Shown: positions 36,674-47,166, counted from the stretch's first letter. The stretch is 49,973 nucleotides of DNA from Actinomycetes bacterium (GCA_021795215.1 JAJYPS010000004.1:1-49973), one strand, 5' to 3'. Notes: generated by a model not told the origin, from the sequence alone. Numbers and translations are program-made.

Positions 36674-37528
36674 TCAAGGCAGCCTCGCCGCCCGAGCCCA
36701 CCACCGTCCACCGGAGCAGTCCACATCGAGACCGACATCGAAGCAGGACGACAGCACGTCGGGGACCATCACCTGTGCAAGGGTGCCGGCAGCATCGATC
36801 CGTCCCTCTTTCAGGCACAGCCCATGAGTGAAGCCGGGTGGTATCTCTTCGGGGTGGTGCGTGACCAGCACGACGGGGAGATGCGGTTGCTCCGTCCCGA
36901 GCTGCCGTAGGCGCGCCACCATCGATTCCCTGTTGGCCAAGTCGAGCGAGGCGGCGGGTTCGTCCAAGAGCAGCAGGTCAGGCGACTGCAGCAGGACACG
37001 GGCCAGAAGTGCCTGCTGACGCTCACCGTCCGAGAGGCTCTCCCACACCTGTTCCATCCGAGAGCCCAAACCTCCCCGGCGCAACAGCTCCGCCGCCGCC
37101 TCACGCTGGCGATCGTCGTGGCGGCCCCACCAAGGCGCCAGCGACGAGTCGCCGCCGGTAAGGACCACCTCCAGGGCGGTCAGGCCGGGCGCCAGGCGAT
37201 GGCCGAGCGACGGTCCGGCCACTCCTATCCGACGTCTCAGCAAGCGAAGGTCGACGGCCCCCACGGTGGCACCGAAAAGTCTCGCCGTGCCGGATGTCGG
37301 CCGCTCGACGGCGCCCAACAGTCGCAGGAGGGTCGTCTTGCCCGCCCCGTTGGGCCCCAGCACCACCCAGCGCTGCCCCGCTTCGACCTGCCAGTCGACG
37401 GGGCCCAGGATGCGCCGCCCGGAGCGGACGATCTGGACCTGCCGCAGCTCCACCACCCCGGCACCGTCGCCCGAAGCGACGGTCGAGGTAGCCGGATCAT
37501 CCCCCGGTCCGTTGCTCAAGGTGCTCAA
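36674..37528 (-). CDS. ABC transporter ATP-binding protein (ModF-like)
   Basis: GPNGAGKT, LSDGE, LLLLDEP, VTHHPEEIP; start uncertain (TTGA overlap with serS). Confidence 0.85.
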   Translation of the reverse strand: MSTLSNGPGDDPATSTVASGDGAGVVELRQVQIVRSGRRILGPVDWQVEAGQRWVVLGPNGAGKTTLLRLLGAVERPTSGTARLFGATVGAVDLRLLRRRIGVAGPSLGHRLAPGLTALEVVLTGGDSSLAPWWGRHDDRQREAAAELLRRGGLGSRMEQVWESLSDGERQQALLARVLLQSPDLLLLDEPAASLDLANRESMVARLRQLGTEQPHLPVVLVTHHPEEIPPGFTHGLCLKEGRIDAAGTLAQVMVPDVLSSCFDVGLDVDCSGGRWWARAARLP

Positions 37529-38814
37529 GGTGCCGGGATGGCCTCCTGGCCCCCCATGTAGCCTCTCAGGCAGTCGGGCACCTTCACCGAACCGTCCGCG
37601 TTCCGGTTCACCTCGACGAGAGCCGCCCAGATACGGGGCCACGCAAGAGCAGAGCCGTTCAACGTATGGACGAACGCCGGGGGGCCACCTCGGGAGGGGC
37701 GGTAACGGATGTTCGCACGCCGGGCTTGGTAGTCGGAGAACCACGACACCGAAGAGACCTCGAGCCACCTGTCGGTGCCCGGTGCGTAGGCCTCCAGGTC
37801 GAACGTGCGAGCCGACGAACTGCCCAGGTCGCCCGTGCAGAGATCGACGACCCTGTACTCCAGACCGAGCGCTGCCAGAAGACCTTCGGCCCTGGCCAGC
37901 AGCTCTGCATGGACGTCGCCCGCCTGGGATGGCGTCGCGTAGGCCAGCACCTCGACCTTGTCGAACTCGTGGACCCGCAGGAGTCCCCGCGTGTCCCGCC
38001 CGGCCGCGCCGGCTTCCCTCCTGAAGCAGCTGGTCGCAGCGGTCAGCCGCATCGGCAACTGGCCCTCGTCCAGCACCTCTTCACGGCCCAGCGACGTCAG
38101 GGGTACTTCGGCCGTCGGGATCGCCCAGAGATCGTCCCTCTCGACGTGGTACGCCTCCTCGGAGAACTTCGGGAGGTGGCCGGTCGACACCATCGTGGCC
38201 GTCTTGACCATCGTCGGAGGACGGATCTCTTCGAAACCCCCGCGAAGGTGGTCGTCGAGCGCGAAGTTGGTCAGCGCCCGCAGCAGCCGGGCCCCTGCCC
38301 CTCTGTACAGAGGGAACATCGACCCCGACAGCTTCGCTCCGCTCTCCAGGTCCAAGATGCCGAGATCCCGCCCCACATCCCAGTGGGGGACTCGCTGCCA
38401 CGGCGCGTAGGAGCAGTTCTCCGGCCGCCACGTGCGGACCACGGGATTGTCGTCGGGGCCTGCCCCGTCGGGCGCCTCGGACGAAGGAAGATTGGGAAGA
38501 CGTAGGAGCGCTTCTCTCCGGGCCTCTGCCGCCGCCTCGGCCTCCTTCTCCAGCAGGCCCGCTTCCACTCCCTTTTCTCGGCTCTGCACCCGCAGCTGCT
38601 CGGAGAGCTCACCCTCTCCGCTCCGCTGAGCCGCGGCAACTTCCCGGGAGAGCGCCTTGACCGCCGCGCGTGCTTCGTCCCGCCGACGGACCAGGTCGGA
38701 AGCGGCAGCGTCCAAGGCCGCCAGCCGGCGCACCTCACCCGGATCGACGCCACGGCGGCGCAGCGCCGAGAGAACCGAGTCGAAGTCTGTGCGGACGAGG
38801 CGAATGTCGATCAT
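37525..38814 (-). CDS. serS: Serine--tRNA ligase
   Basis: MIDIRLVR, IPTAEVP, FRREAGAAGRDTRGLLRVHEFDKVE, DYQARR, HTLNGSALA. Confidence 0.97.
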   Translation of the reverse strand: MIDIRLVRTDFDSVLSALRRRGVDPGEVRRLAALDAAASDLVRRRDEARAAVKALSREVAAAQRSGEGELSEQLRVQSREKGVEAGLLEKEAEAAAEARREALLRLPNLPSSEAPDGAGPDDNPVVRTWRPENCSYAPWQRVPHWDVGRDLGILDLESGAKLSGSMFPLYRGAGARLLRALTNFALDDHLRGGFEEIRPPTMVKTATMVSTGHLPKFSEEAYHVERDDLWAIPTAEVPLTSLGREEVLDEGQLPMRLTAATSCFRREAGAAGRDTRGLLRVHEFDKVEVLAYATPSQAGDVHAELLARAEGLLAALGLEYRVVDLCTGDLGSSSARTFDLEAYAPGTDRWLEVSSVSWFSDYQARRANIRYRPSRGGPPAFVHTLNGSALAWPRIWAALVEVNRNADGSVKVPDCLRGYMGGQEAIPAP

Positions 38815-38841
38815 CTGTCGACAAACGGTAGCGTCAAAGCG

Positions 38842-39864
38842 GTGGCTGTGATCGAAGTCCAGGATCTGGTGGTTCGGTACGGCGCGCGAACCGCCGTCGC
38901 AGGAGTGTCCTTCGAGGCCCATGCTTCTCGAGTGCTGGGGCTGCTGGGGCCGAACGGAGCGGGAAAGACGACCACGGTCGAGACGCTGGAGGGCTACCGC
39001 CAGCCGGCGGCCGGTCGAGTCGCCGTGCTCGGAATGGACCCGGTCGCCGACAGGCGGGCGCTGGCACCCAGGATCGGAGTCATGCTGCAGCAGGGTGGCG
39101 TCTACGCCAGGATGAGTCCCCGCCAGGCGCTCCGGCTGTTTGCCGGCTACTACCGGGAACCGGAAGATCCCGAGTCGTTGCTGGAGCGGCTGGCGCTGGT
39201 GGACGCCGCGCGGACGCCGTGGCGGCACCTCTCCGGGGGAGAGCGGCAGCGCCTTTCGCTGGCCCTTGCGCTCGTCGGGAAGCCGACGGTGGCGTTCCTG
39301 GACGAACCCACGGCCGGAGTCGATCCTGCGGGCCGGCTCGCGATCCGCCAGGTAGTTAGGGACCTGGCGGACGGCGGGGCTTGTGTGGTGCTGACCACAC
39401 ACGAACTGGACGAAGCCCAGCACCTGGCCGACAACCTGGTGATCGTCGACCAGGGCCGGGTGATAGCGCAGGGCAGCCCGAGCGAGCTGATGGCCGGCGT
39501 AGGAGGCGGGTCGATCCGTTTCGGCGCCCCGCCCCACCTCGACGTGGCCTCTCTGTCGGCCACCCTGGGCGCGGCAGTGGTCGAGGACTCACCAGGGGAG
39601 TACACAGTTTCGACCTCCCCCACTCCGCAGGCGGTGGCGACGCTCACTTCCTGGCTGGCCCAGCGGAGCCTTCCTCTGGCCGACCTGAGGGCCGGACGGG
39701 GAACTCTGGAGGACGTCTTTCTCCAGCTGACCGGGACACCTGGAACCGGCCAGGCAGGCGGTGCAGCGGTGCAGGGCGGACGCAGCAGAGGCCGGCGCAG
39801 TGCCGGACACCGGTCGGAGAGGTCCGAGGGAGCCGGTCGCAGAAGGACGGGGAGCAGGCGTTGA
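38842..39864 (+). CDS. ABC-2 type exporter ATP-binding protein
   Basis: GPNGAGKT, LSGGERQRL, FLDEPTAG. Confidence 0.92.
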   Translation: MAVIEVQDLVVRYGARTAVAGVSFEAHASRVLGLLGPNGAGKTTTVETLEGYRQPAAGRVAVLGMDPVADRRALAPRIGVMLQQGGVYARMSPRQALRLFAGYYREPEDPESLLERLALVDAARTPWRHLSGGERQRLSLALALVGKPTVAFLDEPTAGVDPAGRLAIRQVVRDLADGGACVVLTTHELDEAQHLADNLVIVDQGRVIAQGSPSELMAGVGGGSIRFGAPPHLDVASLSATLGAAVVEDSPGEYTVSTSPTPQAVATLTSWLAQRSLPLADLRAGRGTLEDVFLQLTGTPGTGQAGGAAVQGGRSRGRRSAGHRSERSEGAGRRRTGSRR

Positions 39865-40583
39865 GGGCCTATCTGGCGCAGGCACGCGCCGAGATCCGCC
39901 TGACGCTGACGCAGGGCGAGTCTTTGCTGGTGACGCTCGGCATCCCGCTGATCCTGTTGGTGGGCCTGGACGTCGCCCACATAGTGCCTACCGGCACGCG
40001 GCGGGAGATCACTTTCCTGGCTCCAGGCATCCTGTCGCTGGCCATCATGGCGACCGGCCTGGTCAGCCTGGCGATCGCCACGGCGTTCGAACGCAACTAC
40101 GGAGTGCTGAAGAGGCTGGGGGCGACGCCCCTCGGCAGGCCGGCCCTCCTGGCGGCGAAGACCAGTTCCATCGCTGTGGTGGAGATCATCCAGACGGCGG
40201 TGATCCTGTTGGTGGGCACGGCGCTCGGTTGGCATCCACTGGGCCACGTGGCGGAGGCTGCAGCCGCCATCGTGCTGGGCACGGTGGCGTTCTCCGGCAT
40301 CGGCCTGTTCCTTGCCGGCGCGCTGAAGGCGGAGGTGGTCCTGGGCCTGTCCAACGCGCTTTACCTGGTGATGCTGATGCTGGGCGGGATGGCGTTCCCC
40401 ATATCGCGCCTGCCGGGTGCCCTGCACGCTGTGGCCGTCCTGCTTCCTGCCTCCGCGCTGTCCCAGGCTCTGGTGCACAGCCTTGGAACGGGAGGCGCCG
40501 TGCCGCTGTCGGCATGGGCAGTGCTGGTGATCTGGGCGGTCGGCGCACCGGCCCTGGCTGTGTCCACGTTCTCGTGGGAGTGA
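39861..40583 (+). CDS. ABC-2 type exporter permease
   Basis: [16 protein letters not shown], six TMs, TTGA overlap. Confidence 0.9.
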   Translation: MRAYLAQARAEIRLTLTQGESLLVTLGIPLILLVGLDVAHIVPTGTRREITFLAPGILSLAIMATGLVSLAIATAFERNYGVLKRLGATPLGRPALLAAKTSSIAVVEIIQTAVILLVGTALGWHPLGHVAEAAAAIVLGTVAFSGIGLFLAGALKAEVVLGLSNALYLVMLMLGGMAFPISRLPGALHAVAVLLPASALSQALVHSLGTGGAVPLSAWAVLVIWAVGAPALAVSTFSWE

Positions 40584-40620
40584 CCGGTGCTATGGCGCCC
40601 GGCACTGTCAGGGAGCCAGA

Positions 40621-40953
40621 ATGGGGTGCGTGGTCGGAACATCCTCGAGTGCAGCCCCCTCGTGCAGTACGGCGCCGGACGTGCTCGACGCTCCCGTCGG
40701 GCAGGAGGAAGTGTCCGCTGATCGCCCTTGGCTGGTGATCGTGTGGAACGACCCGATCAACCTCATGTCCTACGTCACGTTCGTTTTCCAGAAGCTGTTC
40801 GGCTACAGCAAGGAGAAGGCCACCCGCCTGATGCTGGACGTGCACGAGAAGGGCAAGGCGGTCGTGTCGTCGGGCACTCGGGAACGAGCCGAGATGGACG
40901 TGTTCCGCCTTCACGAGCATGGTCTGTGGGCGACGATGGAACGCCAGGCCTGA
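40621..40953 (+). CDS. clpS: ATP-dependent Clp protease adaptor
   Basis: [13 protein letters not shown]...[12 protein letters not shown]; start may be 40630. Confidence 0.95.
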   Translation: MGCVVGTSSSAAPSCSTAPDVLDAPVGQEEVSADRPWLVIVWNDPINLMSYVTFVFQKLFGYSKEKATRLMLDVHEKGKAVVSSGTRERAEMDVFRLHEHGLWATMERQA

Positions 40954-41435
40954 TGCGGTTCAGATCGAATCACATAAGGAGGCGGCGAGACGGCCGCTAC
41001 GAAGTCCGCTTGTCGGATCCGGAGCGTCAGCTGCTCAAGGCACTGCCCAGCCAGATACTGGATCTGATCGCGTCGGGGGATCCCAGCTCGAATCGCCTGT
41101 TCCCGCCCGCCTACGGAGCGGAAGGCGACGAGAACGCCAATGCGGAGTACCGCCAACTGACCCGGGAATCTCTTCTGGCACACCACCGCGAGGCACTGAC
41201 GCTGCTGGCAAGTACCGCCGACGTCCAGGATCTGGATGCAGAGCAGGCGGAAGAGTGGCTCTGTGCCCTCAACGACGCCCGGCTGGTGCTCGGCACACGC
41301 CTCGAAGTCGGTGAGGACGCGGCCCCGCTCGTGCCCGACGATCCTCGTACGCCCGGAATGGCGATGTACCACTGGCTGACGTGGCTGCAGGACCAGCTGG
41401 TCGATGCCATGGCGGCCGGATTGCCCACGTCTTGA
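40953..41435 (+). CDS. DUF2017 family protein
   Basis: RLFPPAY, WLCALNDARLVLGTRL, WLTWLQ; usual clpS neighbour in actinobacteria. Confidence 0.88.
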   Translation: MRFRSNHIRRRRDGRYEVRLSDPERQLLKALPSQILDLIASGDPSSNRLFPPAYGAEGDENANAEYRQLTRESLLAHHREALTLLASTADVQDLDAEQAEEWLCALNDARLVLGTRLEVGEDAAPLVPDDPRTPGMAMYHWLTWLQDQLVDAMAAGLPTS

Positions 41436-41497
41436 GACCGGGCTGCTTCAACACCGGCGAAGGTCCTGCTGGAGGATCGGCGGGAAAGGATGAGGCA

Positions 41498-43201
41498 GTG
41501 TCGGCTCCGATCGCTCGTTCCACTGCAATGCGCTGCCTGCTCTTGTCCTCGCACCCGACCGCCGAACGTGCGGCGGCGCTGCGGGCCATCGCGGGGCACC
41601 CGGAGGCCACCGTGGTCGAGTCCGGCACCGCCAGGCCCGACCCCCGCCGTTTCGACGTGGTGGTGCTGGACAGCTCGGTGCCGCTCGACAGCGGATGGGT
41701 GGAAGACCTGGTAGCAGCCGTTGAAGTGGGGACGAGAGCCCTGATCTTCGCCGAGGCCGGCTTCGACTTCCGGTCGTTCGAACATGCAGGATTGTCACCG
41801 ATCTCCACTGCGGCCGCTCTGCCCGAGGGAGAGTGGATGGCAAAGGTGGCGAATCCCGACCATCCGGCCACCCGAAGAGCGCCCGCCGAAACCGCCCTCT
41901 GGGACAGACCCCTCGCCCTGATGCTCACGGGGTCGTGGGACCCGGTGGTGAACGTCAACGTAGCCCTACGGGACCACTGCCTGGTGGCGGACCACCCGTT
42001 CGGGGAAGGCCGAATGGCAGTCTCGGGACTGGGCCGGCATCCCGGTTCGCTCCACTCGGTCTTCCTGCAGACCACACTGCGGCGGCTGCTCTCCTTCCGC
42101 CCTGACGTTCCAAACGAAAGACCGCTGGGCATGGCGATCGTCGGGTACGGGCCGTACGGTGGTATGGGCCTCTATCACGGCATGGCCGCGGAGGCCACGC
42201 AGGGGCTCGAGCTCGTGGCTGTGTGCGATTCTCAGCCCGAGCGTCGCAAGGCGGCCGAACGCGACTTCGCCGGCGTACGGACGTACGGGACGTTGAACGA
42301 GCTGGCATCGGACCCGGACGTGGACGTCGCCGTGGTGGCTACTCCTCCCTCGTCCCACGTGACGATCTCCCTCGACCTGTTGAGAGCCGGCAAGCATGTC
42401 GCGTGCGAGAAGCCACTGTGCTTCACCGTCGCCGAGGCGGATCTACTGGAAGCGACGGCGACCGGCGCCGGTGTGAGCCTGACGGTGAACCAGAACCGTA
42501 GATGGGACCCTGACTTTCTGGCCGTCAAGCGGGTAGTCGAAAGCGGCAGCTTGGGGCAGGTGTTCAACTTCGAGACGTTCGTGGGTGGTTTCGAGCACCC
42601 CTGCCGGGCCTGGCACTCCGACGCGGCCGTGTCCGGAGGGGCGATCTACGACTGGGGATCACATTATGTCGACTGGACGCTCCAATTGATGCAATCGTCA
42701 CCGTCGGTGGTGAGGGCGACCGGGCAGAAGAGGGTGTGGCACGACGTCACCAACCTGGACCAGGTACGTGTCCACATGCTGTGGGACGACGGGAGGGAGG
42801 CGGAGTTCGTGCACAGCGACGTGGCAGCGGTCCGGCGACCCAAGTTCTACCTGCAAGGCACGGCGGGTACGCTGTCCGGCCACTACCGACCCCTGCGGTT
42901 CGAGCGACTGGCGCCGGGAACGGGCTACGAGGCGGAGGCGGCCCATCACGCCGAGGCTCCGGTCGACTTGGTGCTCAGTCGATACGAGCCGTCCTATGGC
43001 CTGGTCGAAACGGTGCTCCCCCCGGCACCGCCACAGCGCTTCGCGTTCCATCGGAACCTGGCGGACCATTTGCACTTCGACGAGCCTCTGGCGGTCACCG
43101 TGCGCTCCGTGAGGTCGGTGGTTGCCGTGCTGGAAGCGGCCACCGAATCGGCCGGGAAGAGGGGTGCCACCATAGTGGTACCGGGAACCTCCAGCAGTTG
43201 A
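41498..43201 (+). CDS. Gfo/Idh/MocA oxidoreductase with N-terminal ThuA-like domain
   Basis: GKHVACEKP, NRRWDPDF, YDWGSH; N-terminal region ending FGEGRMAVSGLG. Confidence 0.8.
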   Translation: MSAPIARSTAMRCLLLSSHPTAERAAALRAIAGHPEATVVESGTARPDPRRFDVVVLDSSVPLDSGWVEDLVAAVEVGTRALIFAEAGFDFRSFEHAGLSPISTAAALPEGEWMAKVANPDHPATRRAPAETALWDRPLALMLTGSWDPVVNVNVALRDHCLVADHPFGEGRMAVSGLGRHPGSLHSVFLQTTLRRLLSFRPDVPNERPLGMAIVGYGPYGGMGLYHGMAAEATQGLELVAVCDSQPERRKAAERDFAGVRTYGTLNELASDPDVDVAVVATPPSSHVTISLDLLRAGKHVACEKPLCFTVAEADLLEATATGAGVSLTVNQNRRWDPDFLAVKRVVESGSLGQVFNFETFVGGFEHPCRAWHSDAAVSGGAIYDWGSHYVDWTLQLMQSSPSVVRATGQKRVWHDVTNLDQVRVHMLWDDGREAEFVHSDVAAVRRPKFYLQGTAGTLSGHYRPLRFERLAPGTGYEAEAAHHAEAPVDLVLSRYEPSYGLVETVLPPAPPQRFAFHRNLADHLHFDEPLAVTVRSVRSVVAVLEAATESAGKRGATIVVPGTSSS

Positions 43202-44241
43202 CCGTTGCCGAGCCCCTTCGCTGGGGCGTGATAGGAGCCTCCTCTCAGGTGGCTCGCTCGGCGGTCCTTCCCGCCATGGCGGCGAGCGAACGGGCCGATG
43301 TGGTGGCTGTGGCCAGCCAGTCCCAAGGCGAAGCGTTGGACCTGGGGCCGGCAATGTGCGACGTCCGGCGCTACGGGAGCTACGACGACGTCTTGGCGGA
43401 CGACCGGGTAGAGGCCGTCTACGTGCCACTTCCCAACTCGATGCACCTGGAGTGGGTGTGCGCCGCCCTGCAGGCCGGTCGTCATGTGCTGTGCGAGAAG
43501 CCGCTGGCCCTGTCGGCCTCCGAAGGGCAGGAGATGGCAGAGGCGGCTGATCGCCACGGCAGGGTGTTGATGGAGGCGTACATGGCTCGTTTCCACCCGC
43601 GTTGGCAGGCACTCCAGCGACTGGTCGACGAAGGGCGCCTGGGGCAGATCCGGTTCGCCAGGGCAACCTTCACCTTCGACGGTCTGACGGCCAGGCCGGA
43701 CGACTACCGGTGGCAACCGCAGATGGGTGGCGGCTCTCTGGCAGATGTGGGCGTCTACTGCCTCGCACCGATCCTGGCAGCGGTCGGACGAATGCCGGAA
43801 CGGGTAGCAGGGTCCGCTCGGTGGACGGAGCAGGGTGTCGACGCGTCCTTCTCCGGCTGGCTCGACTTCGGGAGCGCCTGGGCGTCCGTAGAGTGCTCGT
43901 TCGAGCTGCCCGAGCGACAGTTGTTGGAGCTGGTCGGTAGCGAGGCGACCGCCGTGGTGGAAAGGGCGTACACGGCGGGAGCCGCCGACGACGCTTTGCA
44001 TCTGAGCAGCCCGGCCGGGACCGAGATCGTCCGCTCCGGCGGGGCCGACCCGTACCAGAACATGGTGGAGCACTTCGCCGACATGGTGCAGCACGGCCGG
44101 TCTCCGGTCTATCCCCTTTCCGAGTCGATACGAGTGGCTCGGACGGCGGACCTGCTGAGAAGCGATGCCCATACCGGGCGGGATACGCCGGCGGTCGTGT
44201 CGCAGCCGTCTCCCTTCGACCGCCCGCCATACCTCCCGTGA
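43198..44241 (+). CDS. Gfo/Idh/MocA oxidoreductase
   Basis: LRWGVIG, YVPLPNSMH, GRHVLCEKP, GGSLADVGVY. Confidence 0.92.
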   Translation: MTVAEPLRWGVIGASSQVARSAVLPAMAASERADVVAVASQSQGEALDLGPAMCDVRRYGSYDDVLADDRVEAVYVPLPNSMHLEWVCAALQAGRHVLCEKPLALSASEGQEMAEAADRHGRVLMEAYMARFHPRWQALQRLVDEGRLGQIRFARATFTFDGLTARPDDYRWQPQMGGGSLADVGVYCLAPILAAVGRMPERVAGSARWTEQGVDASFSGWLDFGSAWASVECSFELPERQLLELVGSEATAVVERAYTAGAADDALHLSSPAGTEIVRSGGADPYQNMVEHFADMVQHGRSPVYPLSESIRVARTADLLRSDAHTGRDTPAVVSQPSPFDRPPYLP

Positions 44242-45590
44242 CGGCTCGCCTGTTGGTGGTCATGGGTTCCGGTGAGACCAGTCCGACGATGGTCAAGACC
44301 CACCGGGACGTGATCGCGAAGCTTCCGCCCCGTCCTCGCTGCGTCCTGCTCGACACACCGTTCGGCTTCCAGGAGAACGCCGACGACATCGCCGCTCGGG
44401 CGCAGGCCTACTTCGCGTCCAGCGTCCGGGTGACCGTCGACGTGGCCAGCCTCCGCTCGGCCGACGAGGCGACCGTGCTGGAGCGCGAGCGGTTCGTCTC
44501 CGACGTCCGTGGCGCGGACTTCGTGTTCGCCGGCCCGGGAAGCCCTACCTACGCGTTGGAGCAGTGGTCCGCCGTGGGGCTCGGCCGAGTCCTGAGAGAG
44601 AAGATGGCGACCGGTGGCGCCATCGTCTTCTCCTCTGCCGCAGCGCTCACTCTCGGCACTCGCAGCGTGCCGGTGTACGAGATCTACAAGGCCGGCATCA
44701 GGCCTCGGTGGCTCGAAGGGCTCGACGTACTCGGAGCCACCGGGTTGTCCGCTGCCGTCGTGCCCCACTTCAACAACGCCGAAGGCGGCAATCACGACAC
44801 GAGGTACTGCTATCTGGGCGAGCGTCGCCTGTCGACGATGGAGCGGGAGCTGCCGCCCGGTTGCTTCGTGCTCGGGATCGACGAGCACACCTGCCTGACG
44901 CTCGACCTGGAGACGGCCAGTGCCACCGTGGGAGGGATCGGCACGGTCGTGGTCCGGGCGTCGGGGCGCACGGAAGCTCTCCCGACCGGCACAACGCTAC
45001 AGATCGCCGAGATCGCCGAACTGGCCATCGGGCTCTCCCGCCGCCGTCCCGGCAGTCCCGGCAGTCCCGGTTCGACGGCCGATCCCGAACCGGTTCCCGA
45101 TGGCTCTGACACCACGACCTCGTCTACCGCATCACCGTCGCCCAGCACCGGGTGGGCGACGCAGGACGGCCCGCTGGCCGGGAATGCCGACGCATCACCG
45201 CTGTCCAAGGCGATCTCCGGTTACCAGGCTCGTTTCGACGCAGCGATGGAGAGCGGCGATGTCCCGTCCGCCGTGGCGGCGGCGCTCGATCTCGAGGACG
45301 AGCTGGCAGCATGGTCCAACGACACTCTGCAGTCCGATCAGACCGACCGCGGCCGGAGCGTTCTCCGTTCGATGCTGGTCGTGCTGGGGCGGCTGGCCGA
45401 GAAGGGTAGCCGCCCGGTGGCCACGTTGGTGAAGCCCTATGTCGACCTGCTGGTCGGCCTGCGGGACGGCGCTCGATCGGACAGCCGATTCGAGCAAGCG
45501 GACGCCATCCGTGAGGGCCTCGCGGCGGCCGGGGTGCAGTTGCGGGACTCCCCGGAAGGGACGGCCTGGTCCGTGACGGAAGCCGACTGA
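44238..45590 (+). CDS. Peptidase S51 (PepE/cyanophycinase)-like protein fused to a CysRS-type C-terminal helical domain
   Basis: MGSGE, FAGPGSP, FSSAAA, PHFNN, GIDEHT; C-term RFDAAM...RDGARSDSRFEQADAIREGLAAAGVQLRDSPEGTAW. Confidence 0.75.
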   Translation: MTARLLVVMGSGETSPTMVKTHRDVIAKLPPRPRCVLLDTPFGFQENADDIAARAQAYFASSVRVTVDVASLRSADEATVLERERFVSDVRGADFVFAGPGSPTYALEQWSAVGLGRVLREKMATGGAIVFSSAAALTLGTRSVPVYEIYKAGIRPRWLEGLDVLGATGLSAAVVPHFNNAEGGNHDTRYCYLGERRLSTMERELPPGCFVLGIDEHTCLTLDLETASATVGGIGTVVVRASGRTEALPTGTTLQIAEIAELAIGLSRRRPGSPGSPGSTADPEPVPDGSDTTTSSTASPSPSTGWATQDGPLAGNADASPLSKAISGYQARFDAAMESGDVPSAVAAALDLEDELAAWSNDTLQSDQTDRGRSVLRSMLVVLGRLAEKGSRPVATLVKPYVDLLVGLRDGARSDSRFEQADAIREGLAAAGVQLRDSPEGTAWSVTEAD

Positions 45591-45704
45591 ACCACGGTGC
45601 CCGGTGTGCTCAGGCCGGCCAGCCCGGTGGCCGCACGCCGGTGGCCCACGGTGGCCGCACGCCGGTGCGTCTGAGGGCACGTCCCACTACCATTGGCTGT
45701 TCAG

Positions 45705-45777
45705 GCCCCCATCGTCTAGCGGCCCAGGACACCGCCCTTTCAAGGCGGCAACACGGGTTCGAATCCCGTTGGGGGTG
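45705..45777 (+). tRNA. tRNA-Glu(TTC)
   Basis: GCCCCCA/TGGGGGT acceptor stem, CCGCC-CTTTCAA-GGCGG anticodon arm, GGTTCGAATCC. Confidence 0.95.
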
Positions 45778-45996
45778 CTCGGAGGGACCAGGTCAACAAC
45801 ACTTTTCGGGGCACCGGCACTTGAAGGCGACACAAGTGGCGGCGGGAAACTAACGCCGAGCGGGGTCGAGCACGCCTACGCCGCCACCGTCCACTGCCCA
45901 ACACTCCGCCGCCCAGAATGCACTCCTGGAGGCTGACGGTGGCCGGCCGGCGCCCCTAGTCGATTCGACCGAACCGGAGAGTGTCCCAGGGAAGGG

Positions 45997-46545
45997 TCAG
46001 GGCACCAACCACTGACCAAAGCTGTTGGAGAACCCTCCCGATGGTGCCCACTGGACCTTCGCCACTGACGTCCCCGTCGGCACTTGGAACACGACGCAAC
46101 CAGTTTCCGTCTGATGAGCGACAATTTGGTAGTCGCCTCCGTTGAAGTTGGTGCATTCGGATACGGAATTGAAGTCTGCGGTATAGCTCTGCCCGTTGGA
46201 TCCGATAGCCGACGCGTTCAAGTTTGCATCACCCGACACGGCTTGGGCTCCTGCAGTGATCGAGAAGAGCGTTGCTACGAAGCGGTCCCCTGGGTTCGGC
46301 GTGGTGTACTGGTCTGCACCCTGAGCCGGATCGATTACCTGCATCAGACGAACCGAGTACTGCGAGTTCCCCTGCCCGGAGAAGTTGAGAGTTGACCCGA
46401 CGTGAGCTACCGGCTTCGCGGTGGTTGTGGATGAAGAGGGGCTGGTGCCACTGGAAGATGGGGTCGTCACCGCGTGCGTAGTGACGCCACACGCCCCGGT
46501 CCCGATCGCAACGACCAACAAGGCCGCTCCAACCGAATTACGCAA
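45997..46545 (-). CDS. DUF4352-like lipoprotein
   Basis: Signal peptide ending GAC, Ser/Thr linker, Ig-like domain with GCVVFQVP; GGAGG RBS. Confidence 0.75.
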   Translation of the reverse strand: MRNSVGAALLVVAIGTGACGVTTHAVTTPSSSGTSPSSSTTTAKPVAHVGSTLNFSGQGNSQYSVRLMQVIDPAQGADQYTTPNPGDRFVATLFSITAGAQAVSGDANLNASAIGSNGQSYTADFNSVSECTNFNGGDYQIVAHQTETGCVVFQVPTGTSVAKVQWAPSGGFSNSFGQWLVP

Positions 46546-46828
46546 ATCAGACCTCCGTTGTCGGGACGCCGGGGCAACGCAAGCCCCGTCGGGTAAGAAT
46601 ACTACAAGTGGCTACTGTCGGTGGGCGAGACGAGGCTGTGTGTCGACCAACGGCGATACGGAGCGGCCACGCAGCTCGAAAGATGCCGCGTCCCAGGACA
46701 CGCTCCCGCATTGACGCCGTTGCACCTTCGCTTCCCGCTGCGTGGGGCACACGGGTAGGGCACGAACTCTGCCGATCATGGTTGCCTTAGCTATCTGCTG
46801 CAGGGTACATCGGATATCCTCCCCATCT

Positions 46829-47035
46829 GTGACGAAGCGCCTGGTTGAGGTCGATGACGAGAAACTCGAAGCCGTCCGCCGGCTGCTCGGCACCCAGGCA
46901 CTGAAGGCGACGGTGGCCGGCGCACTCGACGAGGTACTCGCTCTCGATCACCGCCGGCAGGAGCTGCTGGCTGAGCGAGGCGCGCCGTCGGCGGCGTTGG
47001 CTGACCCCCACGAGCGCGACGCTGCGTGGGGCTGA
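46829..47035 (+). CDS. VapB-type antitoxin
   Basis: TKRLVEVDDEKL...KATVAGAL RHH-like pattern; overlaps a PIN gene start. Confidence 0.8.
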   Translation: MTKRLVEVDDEKLEAVRRLLGTQALKATVAGALDEVLALDHRRQELLAERGAPSAALADPHERDAAWG

Positions 47036-47166
47036 GGGCCTACTACCTGGGAGACACGTCCGCCCTGGCACGCGTCGGTCGGGCTGAGGTGGCCGAACGG
47101 CTGGTCCCGCTTATCGAGGCCGGACTCGTCGCTCGCTACACTCCGACCGAGCTCGAGGCTGGCTAC
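47026..47166 (+). pseudogene. VapC PIN toxin N-terminal fragment interrupted by IS200/IS605
   Basis: YLGDTSALAR...ELEAGY, then IS sequence. Confidence 0.75.

Noticed and set aside
45048-45070. CCCGGCAGT tandem repeat
   Set aside because: In-frame PGS repeat within a low-complexity linker; ordinary
45625-45667. CGGTGGCCGCACGCCGGTG twice upstream of tRNA-Glu as a CRISPR or regulatory repeat
   Set aside because: Only two copies with a 5-nt gap, no spacers and no cas genes; probably a local duplication
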